Origin: Penicillus capitatus
Lineage: Eukaryota > Plantae > Chlorophyta
Direction of reading: 5' to 3'
Assembly (NCBI GenBank): GCA_965649825.1
Contig: OZ287705.1
Span: 984,865-1,048,864, forward strand
DNA length: 64,000 bases
The translations under genes were made by a program, and so were the position numbers. Position 1 is the first letter of the stretch, and every line of letters starts with the position of its first letter. Positions 39,506 to 51,627 of the stretch are shown here, piece by piece. The notes under the pieces were generated by a model. It was not told the origin of the DNA and made no database searches. It saw only the letters and a program-made list of their open reading frames with translations.

Positions 39506-39636
39506 GACTTCAACGTTTGACACGACGTTAAGATCTCAAACGGAACACCACGAATCATTGCCGAGCGAACGAACACACATTTTAGCGGATAGATGCTCGT
39601 TCATGCGTTTGATCTCACCGTCGTTGTCGTCGTACT

Positions 39637-42600
39637 ATGAGCTTCCGTCCACCACGTGGTCAGGTACTGTTGTTCCTCTGTGTTTCTGTTCGATGGCGAT
39701 GGTGTCGTTGTTTGTGTAGGAGCGTGGGATTCCGATTGTTTCTTCGGCCGTTGTTCAGTCGCCTTTGAGTGGTGCCACATTTGCGGGGAGCTATCCACCC
39801 GCGCCGCAACTTGTCTCGCGCTATCCGCCAAACTATGGACAACAGAGTTATGCGCATCCCTTGACGACATTCCCGGAAGATTCCCGGCGACCTGTCACAT
39901 CACAGAGCAGCTACCCACGCCTGCCTCCGAGACTGCACCACCCAATACTCCCAACACAGCAGGCGAGCATTCATGACCATCCGTCATTCAGAATTGATGT
40001 GACGTTGCTCGGTTTAGGCTCTTCTGTCGCAGCGACAACAGCCTGAACTTCAGCTGAATTTGCAGGAGGCAGTGGGACCTGGTGTGATGCCTGGTGATGT
40101 GACAGCTACCAGTATTGGTCGGCCTCCTGTGCCAGTTGTGAAGCGGCCTCCTCAGATACCGCCCGTTCTGCAGTCACCCATCGGTTTTACACCAGATCAG
40201 CTGACGGTCCTGCGTCAACAGATTCTCGTCTTTCGTCGAATGAAGAAGGGAGACTACGCCATTGAGCAAAAAGTACTGGATCAGACAAAGCCACTTCCCC
40301 TGTCACACCCAACTGGCCGAGTTCAGTCCATGAGTCATAACGATGATGTGACAGGTGGTTGTGTAGAACGAAGAATCAAACGGATCTTCGATTAACAAAG
40401 ATGTCGCGCTCTTTCGTCTGGATCACGGTCACGAAGGCGCTCTCGCCCTAAGAATGAACGCCGCTATGCTGTTGAGACGTGAATACCATGAACGCATGAC
40501 TCAACGCCTGACCGAAGAGATCTGGAAAGTCAGAGACGTCCATTCCATCATGTACGATGCCATCCACGTGTGATGTGACTAGATCGAGCAAGCATTGAAG
40601 GGACCGACACAACCAGGGTTCCCCCCACGTGGATGCAGAGGATCGTCCTCGAGCATTCCTTACAGAGGCGAACTCATGACGCGTTTGCGAAAGCTGAAGC
40701 TCTGGGCGTTGCAAAAAAGGATGAGACGAGAAGTGGAAGAGAATCAGATGGAAGTGATGAAACTCAATGACCGAACGTACCGAAGATTTGTACGCGACTG
40801 TAATCGAACGCGCTTCGAGATGTTCAAAGCTGGAGAGAAGGCGAAATCGGATCGTGCACAGGAGCGAGCTCAAGCAGCAAAGCGCATGAAGGTCTGCGCA
40901 CGCATTGCTCAAGGTGTTCTGATCTTTTTTCTCACTCTTAGATGTCACTCTTTGATCGTGCATCTACCTTTCGAGATTTTCGCACGCTGCATAATAAAGG
41001 CGTTTTGAGAATCCATGAACGACAGGCACGAACACATCACAAGCAGAAAGATGACGATCAGCAGCGGAGAATGGAAGCGCTGAAGGCCAATGATTTTGAA
41101 GCCTATCAGGAACTCTTGCTCCAGCAACAGCAATCCTCTTCTGGTCCTAAAGACGCCGGAGATCGTTATGAGGAGATTTCGCGTTTTCTGACGGGCACTG
41201 AAGAGTATCTGAACAGATTGGCTGCCAAGGTCGCATCGGTGAAGATATCGCAAGAGGCGTCCGAGGCAGCCGCCAAGGCCATTTCGGAAGCCAGAGCTCA
41301 AGGACTGTCAGAAGAGGAGGTCCAGATTGCAGCTAGAGAGGCTGCGCAGGAAGTTGCCTCGACAACAGAACTGACGAAACGGTCACTCAATTTTGGAGAA
41401 GATGCGCAGAGTCGTTACTACTCCTTGGCACATTCGGTGGATGAAGAGATCCGTCGAGAGCCATCTTATCTCAATCCTCCAACAGGGGCATTTCTACGAC
41501 CCTATCAGATCGTGGGCCTTCAGTGGATGGTCTCACTCTACAATAATCGCCTGAACGGCATCTTGGCAGACGAAATGGGATTGGGCAAGACCGTCCAAGT
41601 CATGGCACTCATTGCTTATCTGATGGAGCACAAGAGTGACTATGGACCGCATCTCATTATCGTTCCCAATGCAGTGATGGTTAATTGGAAGGCAGAGTTC
41701 ATGCAATGGCTGCCGAATCTGAGGGTCGTTTACTACGTCGGGCAGAAAGAAGAACGAAGCAAGAAGTACCATCAAGAAGTGCAAGCCATGCAATTCAATG
41801 TCTTGGTGACCACCTACGAGTTCATCATGAGAGATCGAGCAAAGCTCTGTCGTGTTCAATGGCATTACATTGTGATTGACGAGGCACAGAGAATGAAAGA
41901 TCGTCAGAGTAAACTGGCCCAAGATCTCAACCGATTCTCCGCCATGCGTCGTCTGCTGCTCACTGGAACGCCTTTGCAGAACGATCTGCAGGAGCTCTGG
42001 AGTTTACTCAATCTTCTTCTGCCCGAAGTCTTTGACGACAGAAAAGGCTTTACCGAGTGGTTTGGTGAGGCATTGGGCGGAACGAGTGTAGCAGATGACA
42101 AGACGCGGCAAGATCAGACGGAGTGGTTAGAGAAGGAGAAACGTGTGGTCGTCATTCATCGACTGCATCAGATCTTGGAGCCGTTCATGTTGAGACGACA
42201 GGTTCAAGACGTCGAACGCAAGCTTCCAAACAAAGTCTGTTCATGCCATGCAAAAGTGTGACCAGAGATCATCACACAATGGATGTTTGCTTGTTAGATA
42301 CCAGTGGTGCTCAAAGTGGCAATGACTCCCTATCAAAGCCGAGTGTACAATTGGGTGAAGGCCACAGGGACACTGCGTCTGGATCCTCAGGGTCCTATGT
42401 ACGGCCAGAGACGTCATCCCTTTGCTCCGTTGAATAACAAAGTCATGGAATTGCGCAAAGTCTGCAACCATCCCTTACTCAGCTACGCACACCAAGAATA
42501 CACACTGGAGTCCCTCGTCCGGCAGTGTGGCAAACTGAGTCTACTCGACCGGATTCTGATCAAGCTTTACAAAGCGGGACATCGTGTTCTGCTGTTTTCC

Positions 42601-44086
42601 ACCATGACAAAGCTTCTGGACTTGATGGAGATATACATGAAGTGGAGACGGATGGATGACGGAAGGATGTTTAACTACAGGCGCATTGATGGAGGTTATA
42701 TGCGGTTCGCATTGTGGATGATGCTTCTATGGAATGGAAATGTGATTCAGGGACATCTCTAGAAGAACGTGAGGTGGCGATCCGCGACTTCAATCAACCG
42801 GGATCCGATGTTTTCCTGTTCCTCCTGAGCATTCGAGCTGCCGGTAGGGGACTCAATCTGCAAACGGCTGATACGGTGATCATCTTCGACCCGGATGCCA
42901 ATCCCAAGAACGAAGAACAGGTCCTGTCACATCATGTCACGTCACGTCGGATCCATGCTCGCCCTACAGGCAGTGGCACGTGCTTATCGAATCGGCCAGA
43001 CAAAAGATGTGCTGGTCATTTACCTCGAAACTGTGGCAGATCCATTAAACTATGAAGCGCCTGTCGACGTCAGGCTCTCTCCTCTGCCCATTGCATCCTT
43101 TTTTGATGTGACGTCTCGTTGCAGACTGGCGTTTCATCGGGGAAGATGTATGTCGATTCGATCGAGAGCCTGGTGAGGAAGACGATTCAGAAACAGAAGA
43201 TCGAAATGGCAAACGAAGTCATCGATGCCGGACGGTGCTTAACCATCTCACCGACCATAGCCCTCCACCATCTCCCTTTCTGCCTAGATTCGACATGAAC
43301 ACGACAAACGCTCAGCGAAGACAGACGTTAGAAAACCTGCTGGCAGACGAAGAGCGATTCAAGGTGGCAACCAATCAAGTTCCAGAGCTCAAAGAGATCA
43401 ATCAGCTCATTTCCCGTTCCCCTCAAGAAGTGGAGCTCTTCAATGCGTTGGACGAAAGCGAATGCTGGCCGTACGATCCATTGCTGGAGTGTCCAGAGTG
43501 GATGTTCTTTGACGACGATGACATCATGGAGGCACTCAAAACAACCAGTCGCCATCACATCAAGCGAGAACTGAAGAAACGCGAAGAGGCCGGATGGACA
43601 CCTGTACGCAAACAGGTCACTGTGGATCGCACAGCCGCCAAAGCTCCAGCTGAAAATCTGCGTCTCTTATCTGTGCTTAGATGAAAAGGATGGAAACAAG
43701 TAGTTCGTTGATGGATGCGGAGTCAAAGGATCAGAGCTCCTCACTCGGAGCTGAGGCGATGGACGGGAGAACTATAGAGGACGATGAGGTCGAAGAGATT
43801 TTCACGGCAGAGAATATTAGTGTCGACGAAGCAGGTGGGTGAACAATAGCATCCATAGCATCCTTCCTTACGCACTCTATGTCAAGATTTCAAAGATGAG
43901 GGTGCAAAATTCAGAGGTCCCACAGATGCCGAGGTTCCACAGAAGCCACGATCTCGACTGGATCGTCGGCGTCGCTCAGATATGAGTGTGTTCTATCAAG
44001 CTTCCTGTCTGAAGTACCAAGAGAAAGATTCCAGATCCGGTCTCAAGATACGCATCAAGGGCTTCAAGGGCTTGAAGCGCAGCTAA
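39637..44086 (+). CDS. BRM: SWI2/SNF2 chromatin-remodelling ATPase, BRAHMA-like
   Basis: QLQ domain (FTPDQLTVLRQQILVFRRMK), an HSA-like region, LRPYQIVGLQWMVSLYNNRLNGILADEMGLGKTVQ, DEAQRMK, LLLTGTPLQN and FLLSIRAAGRGLNLQTADTV. Confidence 0.92.
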
Positions 44087-44474
44087 GAGAATTCCTCTAC
44101 CATTCAGAATCTTAAATGAAAGAATGTTATGTGTTCTCCGGACGGTTGTAGATCTGTTTGTACAAGAGCAGGCAGAAATAACAGACAGACAGACAGTTCT
44201 GTGACGGTGTTACAACTGAGTGACGGCTCATGTACATATGCCCACCACCAAGGAAACCATTTCTTCAGCGACAACATCTCTCTTCAGGCCAATTTAGCTT
44301 TACAACCAGCTCTTATCCTCGATCAGATACACAGGCATAATATACAGCTCTCACTTACATCAACATCATAAGTTCACAGGAAGGAGCAACAAAGCTTGTG
44401 TAGGCTGCTAAGATTCTAAACACCACAGTACACGAGCTGACATATGATGTGACAGGTGATGACGGTTTACCTTG

Positions 44475-45485
44475 TTATGAACTGTCGTTGTCTGAGCCGT
44501 CATCTGAGCTGGAAGATAAGAAGGTGTCGTCCTCATCTTCGGAGGGTGCTTTGTTGCTTGTGTCTTCAGACTTTTCAGTTTTCTTTGTCTTTGTTGATGT
44601 CTTTGACTTGCTACTGCCTTGCTTCGCATTGGAGGGATAAAACACGACGTCTTCCTCCTTAGCAAATCGCTGGACGTAATCTACACATCCATACCATCTT
44701 CGCACATACACACGGACGCCGGTAATCCCATACCTTTGACTTTTCCGTTGTACGTCTCGGGCTCTCGCATCAGCAATGAAGCGGCCTCTCCGTTCAATGG
44801 GTCAGTTGGATTGGGATATAGCAGAAGTTGAGGGAGGAACACTTCGAAGACATTTATCAGATCTAGATACCCAAGAAGAGCACATATCGCCCTCGTTCTT
44901 TGATGTGACGTGGATGGGGGCTTACCGAACATAGGGCTCCATGTTTGATTGATAACATCCAGGCAAACAGACCCAGCCCTGCACAAACATACCCTCCATA
45001 CACCAACGCGCGACCATCCACCGTCCTCTCACATTTCATCCACATTCGGATGATAGATCTTGTTGACAAATCCAATGGAGGGCGACTTGTATGGATAGCT
45101 CTCTGGCAATTCCACGTGCACTTTCCAGAACCCTCCCTCGTATGGACCTGATACACAGACACTCTCCTTATTCTGTCTCACATATCGTACGAAACGCGTT
45201 CGATTACTATCGTGGGGTCCTTGAAATAGGACATAGAATTCATTTATGTTGTCTTCCACGATTTCCACTTTCCAGTCCGTCATCATCCTGCAGTCACAAC
45301 AACGTCACCTCGAGTCTCACGCCCGTCGACGTGGCGCGGCGTCGTGTTCGGAGGGTCCACCGAGACGGAGAGAAGTGCATTCGTGTGTTAATGTATGTGT
45401 TCGCGTATGTGGATGAGGGTTACAGTCGCATAACGTCCATTTGGCGTCGTTTGCTCGAGGTCGTGGAGGCAGTGGCACTCGACAT
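44475..45485 (-). CDS. UBC8: Ubiquitin-conjugating enzyme E2, UBC8/UBE2H type
   Basis: [70 protein letters not shown] and an acidic tail. Confidence 0.95.
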
Positions 45486-45699
45486 CTTTGTTCCGGCTCA
45501 ACAGGGAAGAATTGACAGGCACGTCCGCGTGTGTTCGTGCACTTGCTACTCGTGAGAATCGATAAATCTCAATCCACAGCTGACGGTGAAGCCGCTCGGA
45601 AAAATGAAAATGCACGGAATATGTGCTCAATGAAGCGACAGATGATTTGGCCTCGTGATGTGACGCCTGTCGTTCTGGACCTCGTTTTTCCACTTCATC

Positions 45700-46329
45700 A
45701 TGCGCTGCACAACGACACTGCGTCCTTCTTTCAGAGCGTCAACGACGCATGGTTCTTTGCTCTCGCGGCGGCCACGTCCCATCACGCACAGGGAGCGTCT
45801 CTTTGGCGTGATGACGGTGGCAGGCGTGGGCAGCTACATCTTCGAGGCTTTTACGCAGATCTTTTCGGTGAGCGATGATGAAGAAGTGGACTGGGAAAGA
45901 ATTTCGATGCCGTTTACGGGACGCATCACACATCACGAAGAGACACAGCTTCGTCGCCTCTATGATGTCGTGCAGGCTGTTAAAGGGTGCACCGATACCT
46001 CGGCCACGAATTTCAATCCCGATGCCAATATCGATGACGGCAGCTGCGTCTACGATCCGAAATCGGAGCCGATGGAACTGAAAAACTACTTGCAAGGTGC
46101 CCTCAACGGCGTTTTCAACAATCAGATCAAAGCAGAAGACACCGAGCCGAAATGGGTCATGACACCGTTCTCCGGCGAGATCAAAAGTCAACGGGAGATC
46201 GAAAAAATGGTTCGGCGATAAAAGTGTGAGAAGTGTGATAATTGACATGTTTTCTTCGTGTAGCTCTGGTTCGAAAAAGTGGTGAGCAAGACATTGAAGG
46301 AAGGAGACATCGAAAGCAAGCCTGAGTAG
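45700..46329 (+). CDS. Small predicted plastid-targeted protein of unknown function with a GCTD...DDGSC motif
   Basis: Ser/Thr/Arg-rich N-terminus, two W...PF[TS]G.I motifs and GCTDTSATNFNPDANIDDGSCVY. An inferred intron at 46210-46263 extends the CDS to TAG at 46327-46329. Confidence 0.7.
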
Positions 46330-46464
46330 GAGATCTCCTAACGATTTTCGCCTTTGCCGATCCAACAGATGAAGAAAATTCAACGCCTTGTTCATTGTTG
46401 CCCCCTTCTCATTGTTTCTCACTGCTGTCCCGATGTCAATCCGAAGCTAACGAGACGCTATCGT

Positions 46465-47407
46465 ATGGACGAAGCCAACGTCATCGATGATGATAACATT
46501 TGCGCTATGTCGACCGCCTGGCTCCAACCCGTCATCCTGCTCGAAAAGATTCGCGATGGGTTCTTCAAACTCAACGACCGTCAGCGTCGTTTTGTCACGG
46601 ACAGGCACGTGTTCACGGACCGTCCGCTGTCACCTGAGCCTCTCGTAACGCAGTTGGGCGTTTTGGAATGATGTCGAATGTCCAAAGACATTGCAGAATG
46701 TTTATTCGGATGCCTATCGTATACGGACATTTGCGTGTCTCTTTGACGACGTGGTGCCGGAGGCACCCCTCCTCGAACAGAGGCCCCTTGTGGCCATACA
46801 GCTGACGTTTGAGAGCGTCGAAGATCCGACAGAAGTGGTCGTTGCGCCCGTCAATGGGGTTAAACCACCGCAGAAGGAATGGACTTATAAACTCGAGCTC
46901 GAACCTGGGAAGACGCTCGTTGGCATGCGACAGTACAGTGGGTCCGGTGGTCTGGTGGTCAAGACAAGTGCCGGCGAAGTACACCTCGCATTCTCACTCT
47001 TTGAATAGTCTCCAAAAGTGTGATAGGTGATCGATATGAGAACGGGCGAGGAGATGACAGGTATGGATGTCTGGACATTGCCTCCGGGATTTCGAATCTA
47101 TGGATTTCACGGAGCCTTCTACCGTTCGATTCTTTTCTTGGGTCCCGTTTTCAAAGCCATGGAGTTGAATCAATGGGATCAGTCTCTGTACAGAGAGTTA
47201 CCTAAAAAATTCAAGATGGCTTTTCAGATGATGGTGCTGATGAAGCATCGCCATCGACATCAACATGTCGCCGACCCACCCCCCTTTGACTTCTGGCAAC
47301 TGCCCGAAGTAGTTTGGGACAAAATTGTCCATATGTTGCTCTACGAGACGTATTATGATATGGACGAATATGTGTTCTTCAAAGGCATTGACAGATTTTA
47401 TGCCTAG
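46465..47407 (+). CDS. Jacalin-like lectin-fold protein with a C-terminal F-box-like motif
   Basis: LELEPGKTLVGMRQYSG...VVKTSAGE and PPGFRIYGFHGAFYRSILFLGPVF resemble jacalin strands. The C-terminus is WDQSLYRELPKKFK...FWQLPEVVWDKIVHML. An alternative in-frame ATG lies at 46370. Confidence 0.55.
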
Positions 47408-47790
47408 TCTAAAGTCTGATGTCCTTTCCAGTTGGAAAGACGACGTCATTCTTTGAGGATCGTGATAGTGGAGGTGCATTGTTGTGGTGGTATAGGATTG
47501 TTACATCCTAACGAGCGACAAATGTTGGCCAAACCCTTTCGCCATCTATGTCTGGGTGGGCATCATTATGTCATTATCGAACATTCCACACACATTCACA
47601 ATGCAGTTAATCCCACCGTGGACGCTATCGACCGCCAGCTATGAAATGCGTCGACCATATAGCAAAGAATGTTTCAGATAGCGGTAAACAAACTGAGAGA
47701 AAGAAAGAGACGACATATGAAAACCAAATGTCCATTCCCGCTACAGAAATGGATGAAACAAAACGATTTCTCCGCTGCCATTTGCGAGCG

Positions 47791-49575
47791 TCAGCCCAAA
47801 TCTGTCGAACTACTGGCACCATTGGTCATCATTTCTGTCCTTATTTCACGATTAAACGCTTCAGATTCCGAATAGAAACGGTGCAATGTACTAGCCGGAA
47901 TTGTGGACCCTTCTCTCGACAGAAGAGGCAGGTACGGTTTCCCCTGATGATTCACAACGGGTTGTTCGACCACAGCTTCGATCGTCAAGAGATCCGATCG
48001 GTATTGTTGCGTTTTGATAAACTCAAACGGCATGGTGATAAAAAAAGATATCAGCGCCGTGCACAGGATAGGAGGCAGTATTTCCAGATGACCAGAGAGT
48101 GATGTGAGAATGAGGCTCGTTGCAAAAGGGGTACGGGTGATGGAGGCGTTCAGTCCAGCGGCACCGGCCATAGTCATGAGAGCAATGGACTGATCGGAAA
48201 GGACTGGAAAGTGGGGAATGCTCAAAACGGCACGAGCAAAAGCGGAACCGGCAAACATGAGAGGAAAAATGAATCCGCCTCGAAGGCCAGACAGAACGGT
48301 AATGCTGATCGCTGCGAGTTTGAAAATACCGATCAAGAGAAAGAGCCATCCTTCGTACTGACCTCCGCGCATAAGCTCTAGTCCCCAGACACCTCCTTGT
48401 GGCCAAACATGTGTCAAAGCATGGGACGAGTTGGCCATGTTGCTGATCTCGAATTCCGACCAGAAAAGCGTCGGTGGTAAGAGAAGTCCAATCAGACCGA
48501 TCAGAAGTCCTCCAACGAATCCTGATTTGACAGGCGTTCGATGTTCCTACGATGCGACGTGTGAGAAAAAGAGTGACCTCACTCACTGTTTCGGTACTTG
48601 AAGGTTTGCTGCGAGCAGCATTTTGTTGATCAATCGATGTTGTTTGATGAAGAAAATCGCGACGACTGCCATGACGATGCCCATAACGATGCAAGCAAAA
48701 AAATGCTGCAGTTCTGTCTCTGTCGTCCCATTCTCTGCAAATTCCCAGATGGGACCAAACTTGAGTCCCAATAATCCTCTGAACACCAACAGTGTCACCA
48801 TTCCTGCGCTCACGCCAAAGGGCAACGCTTCGAAGAACTGCAGTCCTGTGCGATGGGCAACTTCAAAAGCAAAGAGCGCTCCACCTAATCCGACACCAAA
48901 GAAAGCAGCCAGTCCAGAAGCCATTCCAATCAGGGTACAGTCGCGCAGCAGTCGTCCTCTGTGTCCCAGGACCTTTTGTGAAATCCACCCCGTCGTCGAG
49001 GCACACATAGCCAGCAGTGGTGCTTCTGGTCCCAGACTGCCACCGGAAACGATGGTGCAGATAGAACAGAAAAACATCGATTTCAATTGCTGAATCGGAA
49101 CCGCCTCCATCTTATGCACATGACCCACGGTGTTCGGTAGGTCTCCCGGAAATCCCATGTACTTCTGGATCAGTCCAGCGCACGTTGCGAAGAAGGTCGT
49201 GAAGAAGAGGATATTGAGCCAGGCGACGTCTTTCAGCGATACCGACAACTTCTTGGCAATTTCTTCGAGGAGAGGTCGGGAGACGGAGGTCGACAGCGTC
49301 GGCAGGTCCATCATCCATTCCTCGAACCATCCATGAGGCTCTTCACCCTTCGTACCCCAAACCAGTTGTAAGGCAGTTTGGAAGCTTGCGTTATAGAACG
49401 CCGCGAGGAGTCCAGTTACGCAGCCGAAGAAAATGGTGACGAAGAGATAGGTTCGGAGCGTCGGCTGTCCAAAACGATGACGTAGCCAGATGGACAGGTC
49501 GTCCATACATACATCGTTGCTGTCATAGAGCAGCGGGATTTCGACGGACGCGCTTCGTTGAGTTCTCGACTGCAT
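47791..49575 (-). CDS. CLC-family chloride channel/transporter, bacterial YfeO-like, without CBS domains
   Basis: Signature motifs GGSLGPEAP and LRGGFIFP, GMASGLAAFFG and TRTPFATSLIL, with many hydrophobic helices. Only one intron is apparent (about 48540-48595). Confidence 0.85.
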
Positions 49576-50040
49576 TGCAAAGTGAAATGTGAAACAGAGC
49601 GTCGATCCGTGTTTAAAAGCAGCGACGCTGCTGTAGGGGAGCTGACCGCTTCTGTGGACGTGTCTCTTCAGAAAAAAGTGACTCCTCGTGACTTCTGCCT
49701 CTGCCGAGGTATGTGTCTACTCGCAAGTGCCTCTTCGCCGTTAACTGAACGCTTATCGCCGCACTCTGACGCGACGTCAGCAGTTAGATATGGCACGTGA
49801 GGGGATAGTCTGACGAGGACAGAACGAGTAGCGGTAATGAAATCAACAGACGAATGTCAAACAGCAATAGGGTCACAAAAAGATCTGCATTCCCCAAAGG
49901 CGATGCATGCAAATGTGTGAGAATGCGCAAGCCGCACTCTTTATACCCAAGAAGGTAATGTCTACTTCAAAATAACTGAGTTCGTCTTCAAATAAGTGGT
50001 CATTTGTTGAGAGGGTGCAATACGTCAGTTGATGGGTCTG

Positions 50041-51627
50041 TCATTGAAGAGAGCAGCAACACGTTGCTGGTCCTTTCTCCTGGACGATCCATTGCATTTC
50101 CCGCATTCTGTCGGAACAGGAGATGGAAAGGGGGAGATGATGACGGTGGTTACTCTTTGAGATGTGTGAGGATGGTGGTCATGGAAGGACGATCGAGTGG
50201 ATTCTGAGCCCAGCATTGACGCACGAGGGATTTGACGGCGTCGGGCCATCCATCTGGCACAGCAGGTCTTCCACCGCATGCCACTCGGTGAGCGTACTGT
50301 TCGATCTCGTCCGGCTCTCCGGTGCACGAGACAAAACACAACAATATACTCTTGCTTAACAACTACCAGAGGATCAACTGGATCGGCAGAGAACAGTCGA
50401 ACAGCGATCGGTGTCACCTCATACATGATCAACGCGAAGGAAAACACGTCTGCTTTTTCGTTGTAAGGCTGGCACAAGAGAACCTCAGGTGCCATGTACA
50501 TAAAGGACCCTGTCTTTCCAGAGAGGGCATAGGATGCTTTGATCGAAGACGTTTTTTGTTTCTAAAACGTACGAGTCGCCAAATGTCAGACAGAGATGCA
50601 GAATGGCCATTACTCTCGTTCTGCTTTCAGTGGATGATGGGATCTCGTTGAGCACAACCTCATCTGTTTCTGTATAGGTCCATTTTGGTTTCTTCAGTAC
50701 AGCGTGCAATCCAAAGTCCCCTAACTTGGCCACGACTTTTTCGCACTCCAATGTCAACATGATGTTTTCTGGTTTTAAGTCACGATGAATGATTCTTGGA
50801 TTCGCTTTGTGCAAATATCTACGGCATCTCATATCGTCTCGCTCTATTCAGTTGCCTTTACTTTAAGCCTTGAGCAATCTGTATGAGCCACTCCAGAGCT
50901 TGTTCCCTTGTGTAGATCATCTTAAAGGCATGCTCCATTTGGTGCAGTATCATCGATTTAAGAGTACCCCTTGTCATGTATTCTTGAATAATCATTGCTT
51001 TCTTTATGGGACACGACAATCCTTCTGTCGATGCGGCATCAGATTTGTCCTCCTCATACGATCCCTTCTTCGTTACTGGATTCCCCACAGCGGATTTCGC
51101 CCTCTTGAGTCGTATGGCGCTTAAGAGAACGTCCGCTGCTCTTTGCCCGGCCGAATACGATTTCTGTAATGTCTTCGGCTGCGAGGTCGATCCGCTCTCA
51201 TCTGGAACGGCAGGTTCGATCGCCACGCCCACAAAATCGACAATGGATGAATGACGCAGTTTTTTCAGCAGAGCAGCCTCGGAGAGAAAACACTTGAGAT
51301 CTTCATCAGACTGCAAGAGACATGTCTTCAAATACTTAACTGCCACGAGCGTGCCTCGATACTCACAGAGGCACACCGATGCAAACGCCCCTGAGACCAA
51401 ACGGCACATATGCGTCCTGCAAAGAGGGAGTGATCTTTACCCTCTCCCAGAAGCTTAACGATGCGGAGGGCACCAGATTCGACATGTGCTTCCTGGACCA
51501 TGTCGCGCAATGTTCGAAAACATTGAGAGAATCGAACACTGTTGGTCGCCACGAAAGAAGCCCTTTCCCACAGCCTCTGTGATTTGGATGAAGATCCACT
51601 CTGCTGCTGCGAATCGATGCTCGTCAT
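50041..51627 (-). CDS. TKL/Raf-like Ser/Thr/Tyr protein kinase ending in CCCSLQ
   Basis: LLGEGAFASV, VAVKYLK, IHRDLKPEN, LGDFG, TGSFMYMAPEV and KADVFSFA. A final inferred intron near 50110-50155 gives the terminal exon ...GPATCCCSLQ*. Confidence 0.9.
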
